A DNA stretch of 64,000 nucleotides from Callorhinchus milii (Eukaryota), in NCBI RefSeq assembly GCF_018977255.1, contig NW_024704743.1, positions 65,970,001 through 66,034,000 on the forward strand, given 5' to 3'. Under the pieces are notes generated by a model that saw nothing but the letters and a program-made list of their open reading frames with translations, was not told the DNA's origin and did no database searches. The position numbers and the translations under genes were made by a program. Each line of letters begins with the position of its first letter. Within the stretch, counting starts at the first letter, position 1. Positions 11,330 to 23,607 of the stretch are shown here, piece after piece.

Positions 11330-11683
11330 TCCTTCTTCTTATTGACAATTATCAATTTATTCTTAAAGAAGTATCCAACGATATCCCACAAGCAACCATG
11401 AAATCAATGAACAATTAATCTCGGGAATTGTTGGCCAGAACACAAGGAGAAATTCCCTTCTCTTTTTTAATGCAGTCATAGGATCTTTAATGTCCACCTG
11501 AACAGCCAGGTATTACTTTGGCTTAACAGCCATCTTAAAGACAACACCTCCAACAATTTAGCACTCCCCCAGCATTGCATCAGAATGTCAACTGGACTAT
11601 GAGTCTCCAAGTCCTGACATGGGTCTTAAATCCACAAACTTATGACTCAGTGGTGAGAGTGCCACCAATTGAGTGAGGCTGAT
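11330..11683 (-). mobile_element. Old Deu-SINE (5' part; 3' part probably at about 10890-11025)
   Basis: Plus strand GGATCTTTAATGTCCACCTGAACAG...TGACTCAGTGGTGAGAGTGCCACCAATTGAG. Confidence 0.75.
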
Positions 11684-12184
11684 AGCATTAAAAGTGAATT
11701 ATTTTTACAATGCAATATTACTTTACAATTGAACATTTCTACAGCAATATTGGAAAGCTGACAGTTAAAATAAGAAATTGGGTGTGTACTAAATCAGTTG
11801 AACGTAATTTAAGAGAAATATGTTTGTTGAGGAGCCATCCGAATAAATATTTATACTGGAGGCTTCCGCTTATTTCTAATAACTGAATCACTGAGAGATA
11901 ACCTATAAAACATTACTTTAAAAATGTAGTACTATGGAAACATAGCATTCTTAAACCTCTAGTGATATATTTTCAATTTAATCTAAAATGAAACAAACTA
12001 ATATAATTTATTATTTAATGTTCAACCATTTCTAGAATCAAGAAAACATGGCATAGTTTTACATTATTAATAAACATTACAGTAAGAGGATATTATTATG
12101 CTTCATTGTTTTTCACCATACAATTTGTTTTGTATGTGAAAATATCACTCTTTATCCTTACCAATTTATATATTACACTCTTTC

Positions 12185-12460
12185 CAAGATGGTGCCATCC
12201 CTTTCGATAAGGTATTAACTCAAAGTTCTGCCAGCCAGTCCAGATGGACATAAAATATCACATGGCACTATTCAAATGGAGAAGTTTCTCTTAGTCCCCT
12301 GTCCAGCAATCCAGATAAAATTGATCATTCATTTCATGGCTGTTTGTGGCTCATTGCAGTGGTACCTACAAATGCACAGTCACTTTACAGAAAGATTCTG
12401 TGAAACACTTTGAGATGTTTTGAGGTTATAGATACTATTTCACTTGCGAGGATTATTATA
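12185..12460 (+). mobile_element. Old Deu-SINE
   Basis: CATGGCACTATTCAAA...GGCTGTTTGTGG...CTGTGAAACACTTTGAGATG...GGATTATTAT. Confidence 0.7.
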
Positions 12461-13966
12461 ATGCTGAAATTTGTTAGAGATGAATTCATCTCAAGAGATC
12501 TCATTTTGAATTTATGGATTTTAGTATGTTTTTACAGTAAATTCCTGATATAATGTCACTGTTAAAGGAACAGGGATCAGTGACGATTGGCAAGTTAGGC
12601 ATTTGTACAAATACATAAATAAATTTGGCCAGGATATTGGCATCATGATGTCTTAGGTCTTCAGTGGTAGTAACAAGTTAAGGCAGGAATTTATCAGAAA
12701 TTTACTGTATTTTATCCCCCATGTTGGCAATTGTACTAAATAAAATGTCAAAATCAAATTGTAAACATTGTTGATGTGAGCCAGATTATTTTGGAGCTGG
12801 GGTAGTGACTTTATGTACAAAAGACTGTGAGCTTTTGTATGTGACTGAGGTGAGTCAGGCTGAACATTGACACCAAGTCTAAGGAACACATTTGCAGATA
12901 TAGCTTAAAATATTACTTGTGCTGATCAAAACTTTTATCCCTATGTCTCGGCTTCTGTACTCATTCTTACTGATTTGTAGAGTGGTAGTGGTCTTCTCTC
13001 AGTTTGAAATTGCTACAGTGGGGGTACACTGTGACATTTTACAACAGATGTGATTTGATAATTCTCACATTGCAAAAATGTCATCATAGTTTCTCAAAGC
13101 ACTTCTTTGCTTAAAGGACTAGGTAGCAATGAGTGAAAATCTTACATTCAGGTGTAAGAAGATGCAGCTTGATAGTGACATTGATTCAATCCTGGGCTTA
13201 ATTTGGTTGGAGCATCTGTGTTGTCTGAGCAAGTTTGCATTTTCTTATGTCTGACGTTTTTTGTAATTAGTTGTAATAAAGTGCTGTTCCTACACGCAAC
13301 TTTCAAAATGAATTCTGGATTCCTCACGTGTTACGTCTGATACTGTACTGTACAGCGCCAACTTTGAAAGTTGTCTGAGGAATGGGGTGATGCATTAGTG
13401 TCACCAGCTTTAGAGTCAATCTGAAGAAATGAAGAGTTAATTACTTTATTTGAATTGTGTTATATGAGGGCAGCTTCAGAGTGGGAAACATTAACATGCC
13501 AGTGGGAGTAAGAAACTTCCTCTACCACTCCGTCTCACCCCCTCTCTTTCTGTCTCTAAATCCAGCCTTAATTTCAACCGCTTCTAAAAATCTCCTGCCC
13601 CCCACCCTTATTTCACCCAGTCCCTGTAAAGCATTCTGAGACATTACCCTTCATGAAGGGTGTTATATAAATGCAAATTGTTATTGTATTCATTAACACA
13701 GTGGGAGAGTTATCATTCAGATCCCCACTCTGCTTTCCATGTTATTCCAGTCCACTAATTCATCCAAGTGCATGCATTAAAATCTACATGTCATCGTGAA
13801 TCTGCCGAGGCTGTGGGTGTTAGTCATTTTTTAGCTTTGAGTAGAAGATGGGCCAATTTTAATGTGTAGCCTGAGACTGCATGTTGTTTTCTGGTACGTT
13901 CTGACTGTTCTACTGGAGACAGCACTGATCCATCTTCAAACTTCTTACTGACACAAGCCTCTGGGA

Positions 13967-13971
13967 TGATG

Positions 13972-14012
<41 letters not shown>

Positions 14013-14180
14013 CCTTGCTTTTGACATAGCTATGACTTCAAAACATCTCAATGTGTTTTTAATGTCAAATCATCTCACAGAATTTCTATTATGTTTAGTG
14101 ACTGAGTATTTGTAAGAAAATACAGCAGTTAATTTACACGCAGCAATGTTCCACAATTGGCCTTGAGATGAATAACCAAT
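13967..14180 (-). mobile_element. Deu-SINE 3' part with long (ATT)n tail
   Basis: (AAT)n followed by CCTTGCTTTTGACATAGC and GCAGCAATGTTCCACAA. Confidence 0.65.
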
Positions 14181-14869
14181 CTATCTGGAGGACAATGGTA
14201 TAATAGTCTTGGTGAATCAATGATGGATTTAGTGTGGTTATACAGTATTACCAATTTGGCATTGAATGAATATTGAATTTGGCATTGAAACCCTAGTACA
14301 ACAATAGGACTAATCTCTGAATCACTCATTGAATCAGGGTCAGGAAGCAACAGTTTCAGGTATCTGACTGTTTCTTGTAACTAAGCTTGCTGCTTTTTCT
14401 ATCTTATCAGGCAGTAGGTCAGGAAAGTTTACTGAGCCAGCTCCTGACGCAGCGTTTTATCTTTTTCTGGAAAAACCTAAAAGTGTTCCATTGTAACTAG
14501 ACTTTTCCATCAAGTATGTTATTGTTGTGTTACACTGAGAATACAATCCTTAATTGTGCTTGCTGTCTGGGATCAATGAATGAGATGGAATGAATCAGCA
14601 TATGTCCTACTTACCTTGAGTCTGAGTTCACGGCTATTCACTGAACTGAGCCGAGTAAAAGAAATGAGGCCGAATGAGGTAGGTATTAATTAAACATAAA
14701 TTGGCTACTTAAATTCCAATTAATAACTACCCAGTCTAGGCTGAGTCTGCATGGGTTCCAGATGGAGGAATGGAGCCAGAAGCTTTAGGGGATTGGCAGA
14801 ACCTACCTCATTGTTGGTAAGAAGTAGGGCAAGAGCTAATTGATTATTTGCTCCAGAATGAAATAGCAT

Positions 14870-15142
14870 TGGAGTGTCCCCAACCCTCTGCCCCGTGACT
14901 ATCAGAAGTAAAGCTTTTAGCTATTCTGCCTTCACTTTCTGGAACTCCAACCCAACTTATTACCTCCCTCATCTCATTCAAGGCACATCTCAAACCATAT
15001 CTCTTTGACCATAATTTCCTCCATCTTGCCCACTCCCTTTGGCTCCCACTTTCTGCTCACGTGCCCGGTCAGCAATGTTAAACTCTTTAAGATGTCCTCC
15101 CGATGTGAAAGCAGCTACATAAATGTAAATTGTATTGTATTG
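14870..15142 (+). mobile_element. L2 3' fragment, degenerate
   Basis: TTCAAGGCACATCTCAAACCATATCTCTTTGACC...GATGTCCTCCCGATGTGAAAG. Confidence 0.7.
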
Positions 15143-15524
15143 TGGACAATTTGGATTCAATGGTGACTCATTTATGCCTGTGAAATAATTCTTTATTATT
15201 GATTGCTCACCTATGCTCTACAAATGCAATCTTAGAATGAATAGTGTGATGCTTATTCATAGATTTGAATCCATTAAAGAACTCTGAAATTTCAAATCTA
15301 TCACTAAAGACTGGCCTGATATGAACCCCATTTTGCTAACCCCTCCTCCTTCCAATCTGATAAACGTAAATAAGCTGAAAATTTCTATCATAATTATTAT
15401 CCCTGAGATGCATGTCTTTTTGATATAATTGCACGGGATAGTGGTTTAACTCAGTTTGGGTTTAATATGATGTTAGATTGGTATCTCATAAAGCAGCATG
15501 AAAAGTCATGCTTCATACTTCGAA

Positions 15525-15915
15525 AAGCAGGATTGATTGTAGACAACTCTTCCATTTGGTCGAGGGATCCATTAAAGATGCAAGTTGGTTAGAAATACGG
15601 TAAGGAAGTATTTTTTCACACAGAGGGATGTGAAGATGTGGAATGCTCTGCCCCAGAAAGTTGTAGAGGTGGGATGAGTAGAGATGTTTAAGAGAGAGAA
15701 TATACAACAACAATAAATTTACATTTATATTTACATAGCGCCTTTCACATCAGGAGGATGTCCCAAGACATTGCACAGTTATTCGGGTATTAGACAAATT
15801 AAGGTGTACAGCAAAAAGGTGGGCAATGAGATTAAAAGATTTGCCAAGATCTAACAAACTGGTGGAACAGGCTTGATGGGCTGAATGGCCTCCTCCTTTT
15901 CCTATTTTCTTCTTT
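15525..15915 (+). mobile_element. CR1 3' fragment interrupted by a minus-strand L2 tail (about 15704-15780)
   Basis: RKYFFTQR and WNALPQKVVE; GATGGGCTGAATGGCCTCCTCCT hairpin. Confidence 0.7.
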
Positions 15916-16679
15916 TTCTAACAATGGCGCTGCATATTTGGACCAGCATTGACTTCAAGGAGAGAGGCATGGGAGACGTGGTTGGGGGTCACCGGCAACA
16001 TGTTTTTACTAATGGATTGAAATTTACAGTGGTTGTTTGATAACACCAATTCCATAAAGAAACTGTTACAATTTTCACACATAAAAACATGAAATCTCAA
16101 CCATGATGACTTCAGTTAAGCCTTCTCCCCACCACATGATACCCTGAAACAGCTTCCAACCGTCACATTGGTTTCCTTTTGTGAATTGTAATTAAAAAAA
16201 TATCGGTTTCAAGATGACATCATTCATTGGAAAGTATGGCTTTGTCCTCCTTAATATGGCTCGACAGCTTGATGTTTTATTTTCTTGATGTTGGCAGTGC
16301 TGTGGAGCTACACTGAGATCACTGTATACTCTGGCAATAAGGGCAGTGACTTGTGAAAATTACTATGTGGGAGAGGGTTAATAAGTTACCTTATACCCTG
16401 ATGGGACAAGCCAATGGTGACACACTCCCGTAAATCACAGGTAACTTGTAAAGCATGTTGAAATAAAAAGACTGCGTAGGTTGCCTCTAGACACTTAAAG
16501 GTAACCTTTGTTCCACATTGACTAAAAGTGTTTGCTATAGATTTCGTACTTGTTTTCCCTTCAATGGTTGCACCTACTTTTCAAAATAAATCACATTTGT
16601 TTATTAGGTGAAAAATCAGATTTAGAATTTTCGCTTAACAAAAAGTCGTACCAACTAAAACGTTTCATGTAAGATCATG

Positions 16680-17200
16680 TGTCAAAGTGCTGTACATAAA
16701 TGATAGGGATGAGCAGGGTGATAAGGGGCTGTAGGGAGGAAGTTTAAGGATGTTGACCAAAGTAATGGCCAAAGAATGAGTTTTCTTAAGAGGTTTCTGA
16801 AGGCAGGAAAAAAGGTGAAGAGATTTTGGGAGTGAGTTCAAAATAACAGGAACATAACAACAACAAAAACCACAACAGATTGCATTTATAAAGCACGTTT
16901 CACATCAGGATGGCATCCCAAGTAGCTGAAAAGGCCAATAACTCAGCCAGAGATGGTGGGATAATGGTAGTAAGGAATGAGCAGTAGACTAGACTAGGGT
17001 TAGAGGAGTGGAGAATACATGCAGGAGATCGGGGCTGAAGCAGTTTGCAGCGATAGATTGCAGCATGATCATTAAGGGATTAGAAGATCAGAACTATGAT
17101 CTTGAAGTCAATCTGTTGGGTGACTAGTTGCCAGAATAGCTTTGCAAAAATGGGTAAAATGGACGTTTGGAGCCTTGTGACAGAGAGAATATGAGTTTTT
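16680..17200 (-). mobile_element. Degenerate L2 fragments
   Basis: L2 tail at about 16856-16920 and GATCTTGAAGTCAATCT (RIDFKI on the minus strand). Confidence 0.55.
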
Positions 17201-17620
17201 TATGAGCTGGCAAAGTGCTTCAGAGAGAGGCTGCAGCGATATATTAGCCTCCACTCACTGCCCACAGTTATGTCCCATGGAGAAAGGCATAAACTTATCC
17301 TGGGAGTAACACTGGGTTGGTTTCAAAATTGTCATTGCAGAATGGTGCAACAGATCATTCTATACTCTATTGACTGGGAATGTTTGATAACCTGGAAACT
17401 GTTTGCTAACAAAAGGAGGAAGTGGGGAAACAAAAGTTGATAAAACAACTAGTCTCGTGATTTGGCCATTATCCGTGCACTGTTTCCCAGACTGTATGAT
17501 AAGATGTATCAAAGCAGTTTGAATGAGAAGTCCTTTAGTCTCAGCCCAGCAAAGTCAGAGGCTACACTTGGATACATAATAATAATCCTTACATTTGATA
17601 TTCTCTTAATTGCCTTAATA

Positions 17621-18005
17621 TGGAGTCCTGTAGCTCAGTGGTTAGAGCACTTGCCTTGTAACCGAGAAACTTGAGTTTGATTCCCGGCAGGGCGAAATAT
17701 TGGGCAAGTTTCCTTACTACATATGCCTCTGTTTACCTAGCAGTAAGTAGAACCCGGTTGTTAGTCGATTGGCGGATTGTTTTTCTAGGGGTAATAATTC
17801 CTTCCAAAAAATAATTATAATAATAATAAATTGGTCACTTAAATCCATGACTGTTTGTGGGATACTGCTGTGCTTAATTGATTGCCGTGTTTCGCCCACA
17901 AAATATACAGTCAATTCACATTACAGTATATTCTGTGAAGTGCTTTGAGGCGCCTCGAATACACAATAAGGCGCTGTATCAAATGCAAGGATTATTATTA
18001 TTATT
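17621..18005 (+). mobile_element. tRNA-Ala-derived SINE, long form
   Basis: A/B boxes, internal CTGTTTACCTAGCAGTAAGTAG...GATTGGCGGA block, Deu-type body, (ATT)n. Confidence 0.9.
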
Positions 18006-18826
18006 GAGACCGTCTCATAGTGCTTCACAGAATACTGTAAAGTGTATGTGTATTTTGTGGAAATACAGGATTTAGGTCAGGATTTAATAAGTACCAGAAT
18101 AAAGCTTTGAATTCTGATAAAGATACCCAGAGTCTTCAGAAGTACTTTCATACACATCAGCCAGGTTTTGTGTATGGCTTTGAAACCTAGAAGGCTTTAC
18201 AGCCTCTTATTTAGATCAACTGAAAAATTTGCACCAAACAACATCACCAAAGTTTCTCTGCTCAAACACATGCACCCTGGCAGTTTGATTTATGAGGTAA
18301 AAGTTTAACGTCTTATTTTCATTTCAAATTAATTATAGTCAGGCAGTAAGTTTTGGATGAGTAATCAAGAATAAAGCCATTGTAGCATTTGATAGAGACG
18401 AAAATGCTCTATAATTGGTCGGTAAGGAGACTACACACAGCTCTGTCACTGCCTTCAGTACTCCCCATCACACACAATGCTTTGGGATTCTTTAACTTCA
18501 CATCACCCCAGCATACCTGCTCTTGTGAAACGGCTGAAGAAAGAGCTCAACATTGGAGCCTTGTTATTGTAACTATCTTTAATCTAAAAAATATCCAAAT
18601 AAAACCAAACATCTGCAGAAGTGTAATTTGATATACCCACAGTTTACCCCATCTTTTTAAAGTTACCAATATATAATTTAGGCAGCCAAGTTATATATTT
18701 AATATAATAGTTTAGAGCCCATGCTATTGCTGTACATATTGCCAGAATGTGGCAACATGGTGGACTGTGCTCCACAACAACCACATTTGAAACAGGGTTT
18801 TTTTTCAAAAAAATTAGCACTCCACA

Positions 18827-19385
18827 CTATCTGCACCCGTTGCAACTATGCTTGCAACCAGTTTCATTTAATCGGCCTTGCCTCTTTTGTCTAACATTTT
18901 TATTTGTCTTTGAAAAGCTTGATCTTAGCTTCTTAGGCATCTTTATCCCTTAAGATTTAGAAAATGTGCTATTGAACTTGTTAGCATCCCTTGTTCACAT
19001 ATTTGCACACATATCCTTTTGGGTGGACTCCTGTGGGAGGAGTCCTGTTGGGACGACTCCTGGTTGAGAGGACTCCTACTGGGACAACTCCTATAGATGT
19101 ATCTCTCTAGAAAGGTGTGTGATTGCCTCTGTCACTACTTTGTTGCAGAATACCATGCATAGCTACTTTGTTGCAGAATATAATGCATACCTTTGGGGGG
19201 TTTAAAGGATTTTTTAATATAGCTCATAAACGATAAAATACCAATAAAATATGCCGATTACACTCCCATATAAAACCTTTCCAATGAGGTATAAATCATG
19301 TCTTTACGTCAATCGGTTATTGCGTTCTTGGCGGACAGACACACGGGCTGACATACAGACATTTCGTCTTTATTATTATAGAAGA
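18827..19385 (-). mobile_element. Non-autonomous Helitron-like element, copy 2
   Basis: Minus strand A|TCTTCTATAATAATAAAGACGAAATGTCTGTATGTC...ACCGATTGAC...; 3' GTTGCA-agcatagt-TGCAAC-GGGTGCAG-ATAG|T; internal minisatellites; no TSD. Confidence 0.75.
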
Positions 19386-19645
19386 TTGCTGTGCAAAAAA
19401 TTGGCTGCCACATTTGCCCACAGAATGCACACAGCCACACCACTTTACAGTATATGCTGAGAAGTGCTTTGAGATATCCTTCCGATGTGAAAAGTGCTAT
19501 ATTTTGTACTTTTCTCCATTGTAATTCAGCTGCTCTCTCCATTCAGTTAACACTAGCCTGCTTCGAGTACCCTCACTGATGCATCCTGCCATTGGTGGGC
19601 ATGCTTTCAGACATTTTGCACTTGCTATTTTGACCTCTGTAAAAG

Positions 19646-20020
19646 TGGAGTCCGGTAGCATAGTGATTAGAGCACTCGTCTTGCAAGAGAGAGGACCCGG
19701 GTTTGATTCCCGGGCAGGGCAAGTTTCATCACTCCACACACCTCTGTTTACATAGCAGTAACTAGGAACCTGGTTGTTAGTTGATTGGTTGGATCACTTT
19801 CTGGAGGTAATAATCCCTCCAGAAAAAAACATGTAGTCACTCAATCCACGACTGTTTGTGGGATGCTGCTGTGCACAATTGGCTACCACATTTCGTCCAC
19901 AAAATATACAGTCAATTCACTTTACATTATATTCTGTGAAGTGCTTTGTGACATCTCAATGATGTGATAAGGCGCTTTATCAAATGCAAAGATTACTATT
20001 ATTTTGATGATTATTATTAT
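19646..20020 (+). mobile_element. tRNA-Ala-derived SINE, long form
   Basis: TGGAGTCCGGTAGC...CTTGCAAG...GGTTTGATTCCCGG; internal block present; (ATT)n. Confidence 0.88.
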
Positions 20021-20368
20021 TTCATTAAGTAGTGGGACTTCAGGATTAGTTTTTAACTCATATATCCCCTTCCCTGAACAACCCTCTTTATCGCCTCCAC
20101 TAACATCATCTACAGTCATTTTAAAGAGAGATTATTAAAACTGAGCAGCCACATTCTCATCCAGTATTCAGTCTCCCAGTGAATCAGCTAAACAGTTGTC
20201 CTAATCATAATCCTTGGATTTGATGCAGTGTCCTTCATGTTAATAAGACATTCCAAAATGCTTCACAGAAGATTCTGTATTTCATAGCCAACACTAAAGC
20301 ATCTCAAAATGCTACACAGTTTTCTGTGAAGTGTACCAACCACTCTAGGCTGACTCCTGAGTGTAAAG

Positions 20369-21031
20369 CAAGCTTGGACTATGGGAACTCTCTCCTCGCC
20401 GGCCTTCCCGCCACCTCCCTCCACAAGCTGCAGGTCATTCAGAACTCTGCAGCTCGTGTACTGTCCCGCACCAGGCTTCGGGACCACATCACTCCCACCC
20501 TTGCTCGCCTCCACTGGCTCCCCATCCCCCAGAGGATTGATTTCAAGATCCTCATCCTCACCTACAAGGCCATTCACGGCCTCGCTCCCTCCTACCTCTC
20601 CAACCTACTATCCCCCTACTTACCTGCCCGTACCCTCCGTTCCTCCGGCTCCGGTCTGCTCCACGTCCCCCGCCCCAATCGCCCTACCATTGGTGGTCGG
20701 GCCTTCAGCCTCTCAGCCCCGAGGCTCTGGAACTCTATCCTCCAGTGCCTTCGCCTTGCTTCCTCCCTCTCCTCCTTCAAGGCCGGTCTCAAAACCTTTC
20801 TCTTTGACCGAGCCTTCAGCTCCCCTCTCGACTCTCTTCCCCCTCCTCGCTCCCTCCCTTCCCTCCCCTCACCCTGACCATTTCCCCCTTCCTCGCTCCC
20901 TCCCTTCCCTCCCCTCACCCTGACCATTTCCCCCCTGCTCGGGTCATGACCCAACCGTACAGTGCCTTGGGACGTCCTCCTGACATGAAAGGCGCTTTAT
21001 AAATGGAATCTTGTTGTTGTTGTTGTTGTTG
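20369..21031 (+). mobile_element. Young 5'-truncated L2 with open ORF2 C-terminus
   Basis: ORF 20326..20877 (LDYGNSLLAGLP...FKAGLKTFLFDRAF); nearly identical to 129-786. Confidence 0.95.
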
Positions 21032-21155
21032 AAACTTTGGATCTTCTTTTAAAAGTACTTTAAATAGAAATGCTTTGGCACTTCCATATGTCTCACCATT
21101 TCATCATATATAGGGGAGTATTCTAATTCAGTAAAAGCATTCGTATCTGTACCAG

Positions 21156-21575
21156 ATGTCAGTCCTGGCTCAGGTGGTAGTACTCTCATCTTTGACTCAG
21201 AAGGTTGTACATTGAAGCCCCATGTCAGGGTTTGGAACTTGTATAGTTTAAGGTGACACTCCAATGCAGTGCTGAGGGTGTGCTGCATTGTTGGAGGTGA
21301 TGTCCTTTGGATGAAATGTTAAACCTAGGCTCGACTGCCTGATGAGGTGGACATTTAAGGTCCCATGGCACTACATGAAAAANGAAAGGAGTTACTCCTG
21401 GTGTTTTGCCAACAATCCCTCAAATAAAATCGGTCATTTATTTTATGGCTGTTTGTGGGATATTACAAGTATACAAAAGGACTGCTGTATTGCCAAACAC
21501 AGTCACTCACAGTAGAATCCTGTGAAGAGATTTGAGATGTCTTCCCAGCTTGAAAAATGCAGGGATTATTATTAT
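21156..21575 (+). mobile_element. Old Deu-SINE, near full length
   Basis: TGTCAGTCCTGGCTCAGGTGGTAGTACTCTCATCTTTGACTCAGAAGGTTG head, Deu core, tail; one ambiguous base at 21383. Confidence 0.85.
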
Positions 21576-22000
21576 CTTTCAATATCTCATTCTCTTTCTA
21601 CCACCCCATGCTATTAAAACTGTGATGTAGCAGCCAAAGCTAGATTGAAAATAAATATTCCTGGCATGTAATTCACTCATAGAAATGGTGGTTAGAAATG
21701 GAAAATAGCAGCAGTCACATAAGAAAGAATATGAAACATTAAACTGCCAATGGGAAGGCTATTGGAGGGCATGAACAAAGAGCAGGGAATTGAGATTAGG
21801 ATGGATGACTTCTTGGAGGAGCAAACACAGACATGAAAAAATGGGCCAAATGGCCTCCTACTGTGCCATATATTTCTGTAGATCTACAGAAGTTGCACAA
21901 ACCAGAACAAATGCAAAGCATGAAATGTGCAACAGGATGTTTAAATGTTTTAAATTCAAAGACATTACTAGCCAGTTAAGACCTGCAGAAAAATCTAGGC

Positions 22001-22222
22001 CAGTGGTGCCAAATCTGTGGCCTGTGAGCAGGGACTGCCCTGTAGGGCGTCACAAAGTGCCCCCCTCGAACATCTACATGAGTCTAGGTAAGTCTATGAT
22101 CAATCAATAGTGTGTTTTTAGCTTTTCCTTAATTGAATATTTCTTGATTTATGCATTAATCCAGAAATATTCAATCAAGAAATGTTATATTGTTGGCCAA
22201 TCATGAAAGTTAGCCACCACTG
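22001..22222. mobile_element. hAT (Charlie-type) MITE
   Basis: Termini CAGTGGTG / CACCACTG; perfect 8-bp TSD ATCTAGGC at 21993-22000 and 22223-22230. Confidence 0.85.
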
Positions 22223-23607
22223 ATCTAGGCTTTCTGCACTTCCCAAATCAGCTGTTCCCTCTGTAATAGTTAGCAATAGAAATGTACCAAAAAACATTTT
22301 ATTTTCACATGACAGAAACATATTGAAAACTGGAAAAGATGACTTCTGCTTATTAATCGTCAAGGTACACTACAGATCTTGAGTCAGCTTGTAGAGAGTT
22401 TTAAATTTAACCAGTGCAAATGTTAGAGTTTTATAAGGTCAGGTTGATTTTGAGAGCACCTCCTGGAGCTCGGCTCGCATTGACCGCTGTGTCATTGCAC
22501 TGTGACTGGTTCAAAGCCAATTTTCAGCACATAAACATTTAGTGTTAACACTTGAAGTAAGGATCCCTGCGTTCACCTTCAAAATACACTTTACTTTAAA
22601 ATCCAATGGCGTTCTTTGAGATGTCCTCCTGTTGTGAAAAGACCAATAATAAATATTTATACATGTTTAATATAAGGCTTTTCACATATTCTGATTAACG
22701 TTTAAAAATAAAGTTCAGGGGTTCTCTGCACTAACACCTGGTACTCTGATCCTGTTAACTCAAGTGTGGCTACACTTAAAATCAGGAGGAATTTTGTCAG
22801 CCAAATGTTTTTAATGTTAGGAATCTAATTAGTGAGGCACTCACTAAGCTTTTAAACAAAGTGAAATGGCACTTGGGAGCCAGTTAGTGGAGCTCTATGC
22901 ATCAGCGTGAGCATGCTTGCACAATGCTTAAACTTTTGTTGTTGAGGAAGCCAGCAGTATAACTTTGGGCTCCTGGCCCACATCCCTCCCTTCTGCAGGC
23001 ACCAGTTCAAATGCAGTTCTTGCAACATGACTGAACCACACACCTGTAAAACTATTTTCATTTCGATTTTACGTTTACCATAAGGACTTCAGTCTTTTTA
23101 TGGGCTAATATGCTGAGCTCAAAACATGGTCTCTGCGAAAGTGTTTGATATTAATTATAACTTTCAGAGCGTAAAAATTTAGTGTAACCAGTTGTAGTAA
23201 AGATCCCTGCACTCTATATTTTGGACTCTACTGCTCATGGCTTGATGCACTTAGTAAAAGCTACACAGGCAGATAGGTTGTTTTCTAGTTGCACACCCCC
23301 ATTATCATGACAGCTAATTTTCTGGTTTGAGTCATTTACTAGTTTCCACTACCTCATACCTTCAGTGCATGATAAAGCATGTCTTATGACTGGGACCTGT
23401 TCTGAGTGATCAGCAGTTTGCGTTTTAACCCCATGCATGAAATAACAGTGATTATCTTTGGAGGATACATGTGGAATGGCAATTAAAGGGACGCAACATG
23501 CTCCTGGTGAACTTTCTATTTACAAAAAACAATCTCTACACTTCACAGCAAGAACTACAAAATGCTTTTTGCTATTCTGACATGATCAGGGGCTGTAAAA
23601 ATGCAAG

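Noticed and set aside
20326..20877. 183-aa ORF as a host gene
   Set aside because: It is the L2 ORF2 C-terminus; the start codon lies in unrelated flanking sequence
21383..21383. Ambiguous base n
   Set aside because: Sequencing or assembly ambiguity inside a SINE
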